Shown one piece after another: positions 24,701 through 36,700 of a stretch of DNA of 64,000 nt. The notes under the pieces are model-generated. The model made no database searches, was not told the origin of the DNA, and was given only the letters and a program-made list of their open reading frames with translations. The position numbers and the translations under genes are program-made. The stretch comes from Glaucostegus cemiculus (taxonomy: Eukaryota). Numbering within the stretch: position 1 is the first letter of the stretch; every line of letters begins with the position of its first letter. The stretch lies in NCBI GenBank assembly GCA_976551045.1, contig CDPCPM010000037.1:15004001-15068000 (forward strand). Reading direction: 5' to 3'.

Positions 24701-27700
24701 AGCAAGGCTTGACCCAGATTCACTCCTTCTTCGGCTTTACTGATCTCCCCTATTTCCATCAGCCAGGAAACAAATTCACTGGAAACAGAATATTAAACAG
24801 AAATTTCAGTTCGTATACACCACAAAACAAACCATTGTCTCTAAATAGTCTAATTAGCACTGTTTACTGAAAAAAAATACAAAAACTTTAGTCTGAATCT
24901 TGATCTTCTGAAAACCAGCAAAAAATCTTCCAGAAACGTCAAGGAATTATCACAACAAATATTATAGTACATTATTCTTTAAAAGAAAATATCCTTAATT
25001 AAATGTCAAGCTGCTGTAGAGAGAAAGCAAGATTTTTGTTTTAAGCTGCATATTCATTTCCTGATACTAGCTGCCATCTAAAGTACACAAATCCAAGAGT
25101 TACTTTGGCACAATTCATAAGCTCCAACAAGTGCCTAATTATGAAACTGGGCTTCTAGATTGAATTTGACCTGTAGCCAGGCAGCAGCCTTTTCAATAGC
25201 CAGAAAAAAAACCAGGTTTTCCATCAACTCAAATATCACTCCTATATACCCAGCTGCCAATAACCAACAAGAATTCCAATCATATATAAACTAAATGCAA
25301 ACAATTCAGATTGTCATATTTAATGTTTCATGAAACATCCTTTCAGCATTGCTGCAATTAATACAAACTAAATAGAGGCATTTAAAATTAAAATGGGAAT
25401 TGGTCTTTATTACCAGTGTTATTATACAGAAGATACTGTCACTGATGTAATAAAGCTGAGGATATACCATATTTAGCTAACATCAAAACAAGATGTTTGC
25501 ATTGTAACCATTGGTAGTATCTACAGCTGGTGCTGCCTCAAGAAGGCAACATCCATCAAAGATCCCCACCATTGGGGCCATGCCATCTTTTCGCAGCTAC
25601 CATCAGACAGGAGGTGCAGAAGCCTGAAGTCCCACACCACCAGGTTCCAGAAGCTACTTCCCTTTAACCATTCAGTTCTTGGACCAACCAGCAAAACCTG
25701 AATCGCTACATTCTCACAACACCATGACCAATTTGATCACTTTGCACTGAAATGGACTTTGTTTTATTCATTGTAATTGTGTTCATTTTTGTAAAACTTG
25801 TGTGTAATTTGTGTTTAATTTATGCTTTTTCTTGTGAATGCTGCTTATATGATGCCGTGTGCCTGTGATATTGCGTCAAGTAATTTTTTTCATTGCACCT
25901 GTGTACATGACAATAAACTTGACTTTCACTTTGCTGGATTGTTTAATATACTTGTGTTACTTTTAGAAGGAGCAGCAGCTTGTATTCACCTGTAGGCAAA
26001 GCAATTGAAACCCACATCCATTTTTTCATTATCTTGATGCAAGAGATCATTAATTAAGAGCAAGGGTGACTGCAAACTGCAAGGGTACCAGCTACATAAT
26101 TCTATTAATTTATATTAGCAGCATTGGTCATTCAATTCTTTGAACATTTTCTCAAATAAAATTGAAAGATACCTTGACAATTAGTACCAGAAAAAAGCAA
26201 AATTTCTGAGCACTCATTTCAAGTTCCTGCAAAATAATTAGATCACTGTTGATGCAATTCCAAGTGTATTTTCCACTTGTGCAAAAGACGACCATAACTT
26301 GCTATCTACAGTGACTACAAGGGATCATTCATACATTGAATTCAAACGCTATTGGCAGGATACTCTCTATGCAACATGTACTTTTCAAAGCAAATACAGA
26401 AAACAAATTACCATATTCAGCAGAACACATGCATTCAAAAGCAAGTTGAATTTATGATGCCATTTGTCTGTAATCATTGCACAAGTATAATTTACAATGG
26501 AATGTAGTGGGATTAATGAAAGTTAAGGTAACACACAAGCTGTGTGCATAATAAACATTAAAAACAGATGTATTTATCTTACATTTATTTGTGTTCACTT
26601 CAATTTTTAAATTTTGGAAAATTCATTCAGCACCCATTTAAAACAAAAACTTGATTAATTACTGTTACTTAAATAACATGAGGACCCACAAAGTCTATCT
26701 GATTTGGCAAATAATATTAAAGTCTACAGGAAATCCAATGTTTAGCTTTTCTAGTTACATGAATAGGGCATGAAAATTGATGAGGCCTTACTTGCCAAAA
26801 AAGCACTTAGGGACTATAGACAACTTTCTCCTCCTGTCCTTGATAAGATTTGCTTTCTTGTTCATCATCATGTGGTAGAGTTTCTCTCCTTTCTCCGAGA
26901 TCATGACATACGCATCACGCTCCATGCCCAATTTCAGACCTAAAGAATGAAGTTGAGAGATATGCAAGAAATTCATAGAAAATTCTTGGAAGTATTCTGC
27001 TGCATGCATTACTTGAAACTAAAAGCACAACTATTTGAATTAAACCAAATTAAGCTGTTTAGTGCTGCTTTGTCCATGAAGGCACACCAACATTGAACAT
27101 ACTCTCACAGGGGCTAGGTAAAAAATCACAAGCGAAATGGAGGGTGAAGCTCCCCTTGCACTTCCAGATTTGTCATTCAAACAACAAACTATACTTTACC
27201 CACACAATTATACACACGAAAAAATTGTCATTAAAATGTGGCTTTTCAAACAAACCCAGGTGGATCCTCTTCATGACTGTGGCCTCCAAAGTATGAGATG
27301 CTAAGGTTTTCTCTGACTTTAAATGACATACAGGATCTGACAGCTACATCATGAAAATACAAGGGCAGCAAGAAAAAGACAAGGAGAGACTGCAGATGCT
27401 GGAAATCTGGAGCAACACACACGAAATGCTGAAGGAACTTAGCGGGTCCTGATGAAGGGTTTCAGCCCGAACTTCAACTGTTCATTTTCCTCCAGAGGTG
27501 CTGCTTGACCTACTGAGTTCCTCCAGCATTTTGTGTGCGTGAAGCTAGAAAAAGTCAGCTTTGAAATTTTTCAGCAGAACCTGAAGTGAGCTTTTTGCTG
27601 TCAACTAATCATGATATGGAGCAGTGAACTCAACTGTTCAAAACATCAATGATCCTTAGAACAGGCTCCAAGTACATTCCCATTAAAACTGGCAATAATA

Positions 27701-30700
27701 ACTGAGGAACCTTATTTAGCACAAAGGCTGCAGCAAGGTTCTACCTGCAGTCCAGGTGTGAACATACACTCAAACTATACATGTGACTATTATAATACAA
27801 GTCACAGTATTTTCACACAACCAATGTAAAATTCAATGGACCAAAAAGCTGGAAACATTATCTGCAATAAGGATATAACAATTAGAGAAGTAAAAGCAAA
27901 GCACTTGCATAATTTGCTGAGAGCTGTTTTCACTGATCAGGGATATTTCTAGTAGCTTATCTCCACCTGATATAGCCCTAATTTTTCACCTACCAAGTGT
28001 TTGTCGAGCTCGTGAAAATCCTTGGCTCAGGTGATACTCTTATGTATCCTTAAGGCTATCACTTATCTTCCTAAGTAGCCTTAAGAGTATCAATCCTTGG
28101 GAGATACTCTTAAGTTTCAGTACCAATGCAATAGGCGCCCATAGGAAGAATGTTCATTAAAATGTGAAAACTTAGAGAAAGACTAAAAAGCAAAATATCA
28201 CTGTTTCATATTTCTGCCAGCACTGATGCTATGTTTAATGCTGTCAAGATCATTCTGTTTCAATGTATAGACCTGTGACAGAGGTCAGCCTCTTCAAATG
28301 AATTCCACCGTGAAAGGAATGTTCCGTATCCATTGCTTTGAAATAGCTGGGGCTTAGTGGTATCAGCAACAGTCACTAGTTTGTGCTTTGGACATTTCAT
28401 CCTTCACTGTCCAATTGAAACCACAGTCATTGGAAGCCAAAGTTAATTACAGGAAATTGTTCATTTATGAGACAATTTTGTAAAGATACATTTCTTAACT
28501 CATCAATATAGGTCAAGTGGAATGCAATATATATTCTTTTAATTTTCATTGTTTATTCTAGTAAATGGTAGTCTATGGCATGCCCAGCAAATACTCTGTC
28601 CAGTTATTAAAAATCCCATGTTGTAATTTGACATACTGTCATGCCCCACTGTATTTTACCTTGTTCTGGGTTCTAACCACAATGCAACCAAGTCAACCAC
28701 AGGTTTATGTTTGCAAAAGATATGGAAGGTGGAGGCAATAAATGATATTCTAACTCCCCTTTTATCCAATCCAAGTTCTTACATGTTTCTAAGAGGAAAG
28801 TAATTTTTTTCCCTCATTGTCCTTCTGCACATCTATAATTTGTAGGGTCAGCTTTTTCATTGTGCTCTTTCGACAAATTTGCTTTCTTAAATCCTTGAAT
28901 ACGACAAGCAATTAACCAGAGGTGCAGATTTTTGAGAAAGGCAGCTGTTTGGTCACTTCTGAGACTCCATTCTATACCTTAGTACATAACACATAGGTTC
29001 TTAACCTAATCAAATTTGTTCCACAAGGTGTTACATTCTAAGAGGCTTACAGTCAAGTGTAAGCCATTTATTGCAATGCACTTCTTTCAACTGTTAGACT
29101 AGCCAGGAACTGTACATTCATTCAGTTTTATGCTCCTTTGAATTCCCCACAGCCTCCATACATGACTCAACTCCTTACTTTACAACTACTAAGTATCAGT
29201 CTATTTGGCAAAACAAGTCACATTTCCAAACGTCATCAATGTGGTCAAGCTCCCTCATGTCATATGGCAAGCCAAATACAATCTAATTAAACATGGAACT
29301 GTACTGTGCAAATTCATTCAAATACTTAAAATTGACAATTATTGGGACAGAATGCACATGTGGTGATCACTTATGCAATACCTCATCTGATCAAGTTGAA
29401 GGCCCTCGGAACATGAATTACAACTAATACCTCTTACTTAAAACACCTTTAATTTAAAATAGTTAACAAAAGGAAATTTGCTCATCTGACGATCACACTG
29501 ATCACAATCTCGTCATAAACTATTCTGTGTGGGTTTCCTCCAAGTGTTCTGGTTTCTTCCCACATTCTACAGATGTATGGTTTAGTGGGTTAAACCATCA
29601 CTGTACGTTGCCCCTGGTGTGTTGGTGAGTAGTAGAAACTGGGAGGAGATTATGGGAATGTGGTTGAGAAGAAAAATAATGGGATTAGTCTATTTATCAT
29701 TAATGGTCAGCATGGATTCAGTGGGCCAAAACAGCCTGTTGCCATGATGTAAGAATCCATGACCAAACCAGCTCAACCTTTCTTCATACATCAACTTCTT
29801 CATCCCAGGAATCAGCCAACTGAATGTTCTCTGCATTGCCTACAATGTAAGCATTCCCTTCCTGCAAAGTGAAGGCCAAAACTATACAAGGTACTCCAGG
29901 GGCAGTCTTACCAGCATCATGGCAAGTTGCATTAAAATTTTCCATTAGGTCAACATTCCATTAGTCATCCCAGTTACTGTTTGCTAATTTTTTGTGTTTC
30001 AAGTACCAGGACCCCCACATCCCTTTATACTGTCAAGTTTCATAGTCTCAATACATTTACATAATAATTTGCTTTTTCATCCAAGTCATCATTGTAAATA
30101 ATAAATAGTTCAAGGCCCAGCACTGATCACTGTGGCACCCAACTAGTTGCCAATTATCAATCCAAAAATAACCCATTTGTCCCAATTTTGTTTTGCATTT
30201 ATTCACCATTACCCTATCCAAGCCAATACATTTCCCCAATCTCATTTTGTGCAATTACCTTTTATGCCTTCCAGAAATCCAAATACACTAAATCTACTAA
30301 TTCACTTTTATCCATGCTGTTACATCTGCAAAAGAACTCAAGCAAATTTGTTAAACAAGATTTCCCTTCCTCAAAAACACGTTGACTCTGCCTAATTGTC
30401 TTTTGATTTTCCATATGCCTTACCATTACCCCTTAATAATAGATTCCATCAACTTCCCAATGACTGACATTGGATTAATTATTTTCTTATTTCCTCAGGC
30501 CATACCTGAGAGTGCAACCCAGTATTATATTTGACTAAGTAAAGCTCCAAATAGCTTTACAACCATCACAAGTGTTTACTTCTGCCGCACTACACACTTC
30601 ATTTTGCAACCATACTTATTACAACACAGCAGGAAGCTATTTTGCCTGAGAAGGTCCACAATGGGTCTCAGTCCTATTCCCTCATTCATTACTGCTGCAT

Positions 30701-33700
30701 AAATGTCACTGAAACTCATCCCAAGCTTCTGCTAAATCTTTAGATATTGCACAGAACTTATGTCGATATAAACCATTCTACTAGCATCAAATTGAACACT
30801 GACAGATGCATTCTGTAGATTGCCTTTCCAGTGCCATCCTGCTCCTTAATTCAGTGTTCAGTCTTGCTTACCATTTCACACCCCATTATCACTCTGTACA
30901 CATGAAGGCTTTCAGCAAAGACCATGAGCATCATGCTTCTGATTTTGTCCTTCTATCTGTAAAACATTGAGATAAAAGCCTCTGCTTTATAACTCCATCT
31001 TTGATCTTCAAGTTTCTACGTTCCTCCTGGATTTTAACAGCTTTTCCAAATTTTCATTTCTGCTTTCAGTTGTCCTGTTTGCACCTCGTGCTATCATTCA
31101 TCATTCACAGTGCCCTACATGCAGCAAATTAAGATCTTCATGACATTGAAAAAAGTGCAATTTAAATCAAAGTTACCATTGGTGCACATTCAGGACATCT
31201 ATACCATCTTCTGAATACATCATTGATAACTTTGCAGAGCTTATTCTCTGTTCAACATACACATACCCAGCTAAACAGTTCAACATGTTCACAACTCTAA
31301 GTGACTGCTGCATTTAAACAGTCACAGATGCAAAATAAAATACAAGCTATCAAGAAAAAGGAACTTCATTTTCAAAGATCAACCAAGGTTAACACATTAC
31401 TCAGACAGAAAGCTGTGCAAGCTCTAAACTATTTCAAGCACTATTGACAAATTCACCATGCAATTCACTTCATGCACATAAGAATGCAGCATTTCAGCCA
31501 CTCTTACAGCAGGTTAACTTCCATGTGGATAGCTTCCCATTACAAAAAGAGCCCCTGGTTTAATACATCACATCAAATATTTCAACTCATTTTACTGGAT
31601 ATTGTTTCCTACCTCTGACCACATCAAGTTGGTAGGCCGATGTTTGATGTCATGAAAATACATAATTAATTCTCATTACAAATGTCATGGCTTAGTTTTG
31701 AACATTTGCACAAGTCTATTAAATTCCCAAATACTCGAAAGTTTGTGGTCTGAAAGCACTGTAGGTGCTGGCGGTGAGGGTGGCGGAGGGATGGGGGGGT
31801 AGATAAAGAAATGGGCTAACACAGTGAACACATTCACAACTTCACGCATTTCCAATAATTTTGCAAGACCTGCAGGCCATTCACTTTTGTTAGTTCCCCT
31901 CCCTAGGGGAATTCAAAAACTATTCACAAAGGCATACAGCATGCTTGAAAATTAAAATGCAAAGCAAAAGCTGAGGAATATTATACTGGTCTTGATTGAA
32001 GTTTCCTGGAGTAATATGCTAATTGTTCAATATGGAACTGCTGATTCCCCAGGATTGCTTTCCAAGTGAGACACTTCAGTTTTATAGAACGAGGTGCTAA
32101 GTTAATGAAAATTCTCTTCAGTGTCTGGTCAGCTACTTTTGGTTTCAGTCCTCAACCCATTTCTCTTCAATCAAACAACATTAATGCAGATTATCTGGTC
32201 AATTTGTCTCATTGGCATGTGCAGAATGAATATATTCATTAATGTTCCTGTTATACATTTCATCAATTTGTTGTCAAGTAATTTTGATTGTTCCTTGGGT
32301 CTGAAATTCACTGCATAAATGCATTCAATTGTTGAGCAAATAAACTTAGAGCAACAAAAAGAGAAAATATTAATATTTTCAGTCAAACTGAAAGCTTTTC
32401 CCCAAGTCAAAGAGGCACAGCTATATCCAGAGCTCTTCAGACATATTGAGAAGCTCATTTTGATGATGGGATCAGGTGCAATATGCACAATTTACTGATG
32501 ACAGAATTCTAGATGGCAGTGTGGGCATCAAGGAGATTGCAGATGCCCTTCAGAGGGATTTTGACAGGTATAGAGCCATAGAGTTACACAGAACAAAAAC
32601 AGGCCCTTCAGTCCAACTCATCCATGATTACCAAGATACCCATTTACCTATCCAAATATCTTTTAAATATTGTAATTGTACCTTCGTCTACAGCTTCCTC
32701 TAGCAGCTCATTCCACGTACCCACCACCCTGTGACAAAGTTGCCCCTCACGTCCTTTTTAAATCATTCCCCGATCACCTTAAATTTATGTCCTCTAGTTT
32801 TAGACTCCCTGGGAAAAAGACTGACCTCCACCTTATCCATATCCTTTATAATTTTATATACCACATCCTTAAGAACTAGCAATTCAAGTGGCAGATGGGA
32901 TTGGAGGTGGAATAATGCCCTGCAGAATGTTGTAGAACAGAGACAGAGACATTCAGGTGTACAAGTACAGAGTTTCCTGAGAGTGGCAGCGCAGGTGGAC
33001 AGGGTAGTGAAGGTGATATTTGGCACACTCGCCTTCATCGGTGAGGGCACAGAGTTCCAGAGTTGGGTCATCTCTTTACAGCTGTACAAGGCGTGGGTGA
33101 GACTGCATCCAAAATATCGCATGCAGTTCTGGTTGCCAGCTATAGAAAGGATACCATTAAGCTGGAAACTGTGCAGTAAAGATTCTCAAGAATGTCACCA
33201 GGACTGAAGGGCATGTGTTATAAGGTGAGACTGGATAGGCTGGAGCATAGGAGGCTGAGATGTGACCTTACGGAGGTAAATAAAATCAAGAGGGGCATAG
33301 ATGGGAATCTAAAACTAGAGGTCATAGATTTAAGGGGAAAGATTTAAAGGGGACACAAGAGGCAAATTCCCTCATTCAAATCGTCAGTCTTTTTCCTCCT
33401 CTGAAAACTAGGAGGACATAAATTTAAGGTGATAGGGGAATGATTTAAAAAGGACCTGAGGGGCAACTTTGTCGCACAAGGGTGGTGGGTATATGGAATG
33501 AGCTGCCAGAGGAAGTGGTAGAGGCAGGTACAATTAAATGTTTAAACAACATTTAGACAGGGACATGGCTAGGAAAGGTTCAGAGGAATATGGGCCAAAC
33601 CACAGGCAAAAGAGACTAGCTCAGCTAGATACCTTGTTTGGCATGGACGAGATGGGCTGAGGGGCCTGTTTCCATGACTCTACACTCTACAACTATGACT

Positions 33701-36700
33701 CTACAAATGATATCAAGTCAGCTCAGAAGACAGCAAGAGCTGATACATTTTTCATTCAACAGAATGTAAAGGGTTATAAGACCAATTGTTGCCTTCAACA
33801 AAATCTTCAGTTCTTTAATAACTTGCATTAGGATTGCACTTCCTGACCACAAAACCATGATTGCCAATTTCCCAATGACTGGATTCTTGGTCAAACGTTA
33901 AATCAATATTTTATACAATAAATACCACAATGAAAGAAATTTTCCAAGATCAGCTATGAGAGAGTCCATTTCCAGTTCCAGCACCATGAACAGAAATTTC
34001 TATCGTTATTTCTTCAAAGACTGAATTTGGTGAATGCCTTATCACATCCAAACTAACTACGCTCTTCCAAGATGAGTATTAGGTTCAGCACAAGTAAAAT
34101 GAATCCTACTACCGCAATATAATTATGACACCCAATATTTCTAAACAATTTTTTATTTGTTTTCATTACATTTGAGGAGGTTGATGCTCCAAGGTTATAC
34201 TGGCCTTGGAAATCTGCATCAAGTGGCACTTGCTTACTAATAAACATGGCTTTGTCATGACAGGTAGGATTTGTATCCATGTACAGCAGGTTTATTTCCA
34301 GTTAAACTGCAAATCCTGCAATGCTACTTGGGTGGGGGCCTAGAAACACAGTAGCTGTTAACAGTTGATCCAGGTATGTTCGCTGAACTAAAAAAAGTAT
34401 ATTCAAACTAATCTTCCAAGATGATTACAAAATACATCAGAGACTAAAAGTACATTCTGAGGAACTTTCTTCTCAATGTTGGGCTTCCACACTTAAATGA
34501 AATGCAACCTTGTTGGATAATTTTTAAAAGCACTGAACAACAATTATGTAAAACTGCTTTTACAAGTTATGTCACCCCAAGAATTCAAGAATTGACTCAA
34601 ACCAAGGAAGTGGTCAAGAATACATATATCAATAATTCAAATTTGTCTTGCAGCAGGAGGTGATTAATAATTCTACTTTCATAAAATATAGTAATAATGA
34701 TTACAAATTACTCACTCTCTCTCTGTTCCCGTTCCTTCAGAATTGCATCCAGCCATTTCTGCTTCTCATCAGCAGTTTTGGCCATTAAAACAAACCATTT
34801 GTTTTTGGCAGTGTTGTGGATCTTCCAGCCATTTGTCACAGTATAGCCATTGCTGTGGTAATCAGCTATAAATAAGGACACAGGCAAATGAAGAATGTTA
34901 AAATGTACCCACTAACAAAAATTTAATCACACACTGATTTTGGTGCCAATTTTCCAGCTGTACTAAAGCAGCCATATGCCAGTCCAACACCATATGTGAT
35001 GGTGCTATCTGCCTGATGGTAATTATGCTACAGTATATGCACGTGATGCTGCTGCAAGTAAGACTTACTTTATTGCATCTGTGCATACACGTACTTGTGC
35101 ATATGACAAGGAACTCAACTTCAACATTGCTCATTGCTGTGGATGTTTGTTGTATTACACAACTGCTGGGGAAGTGAAGGATATTGGTCAATGGAACTGG
35201 GCTCTTAAGTGACAGAAAATCCTCCACTCTGGTAGATTTTGCCAAGAATGACAAAATTTTGCTCTTGCCGTTTTAGTAAACCACATTCTCCACAGAGCAG
35301 AAGCAACAGCAACACGAGTTCACCAGTGTTCCTATGTGAGCAACAGGTTGCTAAGACAGGCGGAAATACCATTTTTCCAGGGCACACATGATTAACATGA
35401 TTAAGGCAGAAAAATCCCAAATGGCCCAGGTTTTGCTGAGTGGGACCTTGCAGCCAATCCCTCCTGTTAAGATGTGCGATTCTCTCAAAACAAACCCATG
35501 AACGAGAACCTATATGGGGCCAGTGCTTGGACAATAAAACCTGATCGCGTGGCCATTTTAGGAGCTGCACTGCTAATGAAATGGCTGAGAATAAATGACA
35601 GCAAACCCATCCCCAACTTCATCTATTATAGCAATTTAAACAAAAAAAATCACAAGCATCATCCATTAAAATTATTAAAAATGCCTGAATTAAAGAACCT
35701 AAAAGATACATAAAGTATAACAAAAGAAGAAAATTACTTCAAACAAAAATAATTAAGATCATTATCTAACCTGTTTATATTTTCTTACAACATAGGATGT
35801 GGCCATTTGACCTACTGAGTCTATGCTGGTTTTTAGAGCAACCCCTTCAATCCCCTTCCCCACTTATTTCTCTTTAACCTACTTCTCTCATCTCTCTTAA
35901 ACTTTCTTTCCTTCACAGCCATAGATGTGAATTGTCTCATGTATCCTGTGCCACTACATGAACAAGTTGCTCAGTGTAAATAGTGAATAACTCTTAACAG
36001 GTTTCTGTACCACCACTAGAAACATTACTTCAAACATGTTTCTGTAGCAAGGGTCTGTAGCAATGTGGCTGGAAAAGTTGTTTTCCTAACTCACAGGCAA
36101 TTTAGGAACTTGTGGATGTCCTGAACCCATTGGCACTTGAGGGTTTCATGTGCAACAACTATCCAAACTGAGCAAAATCCAGGCCATTTTTGCTTCAGCT
36201 ATGATGCAAAATTGGGATGAACAGCCTCTAATGAAGATTACAATCAAAACCTCAATTAGTTTCTCAGTAAACTGTACTAAATATAAGCAGAGAAGCAACC
36301 TGCAATGGATTATTTGGCAGAGGAATGGAAGGAAAGATACAAGTTCCATTGTAAAGTCAACTGGTCACCAAAGGTAAATCTAAATATAGCTTCAAACCTT
36401 GAGTTATACTATATTGAGCCCCAGCTTTGACACTGTACTCCAATTCAGTGGAATATGCAAATGAGTATAGTATTTAGATCCTTAAATCAAAGTGATTAAT
36501 CCACATCCCATATATATGGACAGTAAACTCATAAGATCTAATCCTTTCATCAGCCACACAAGCATAGAATTAGCTGTTTGCCTTGTGCACAGCTGTTAAG
36601 CAGCAAATAAACCAACACAAAGATCTTAAAAGCTGTACTTCAAAAACATTAGATTCCCACTTGCCAACATTGTGTAGAAAATAGTAAATCTTTAAACACT

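Noticed and set aside
31770-31800. G-rich tract as a G-quadruplex
   Set aside because: G-runs are irregular, and there is no supporting context or conservation evidence.
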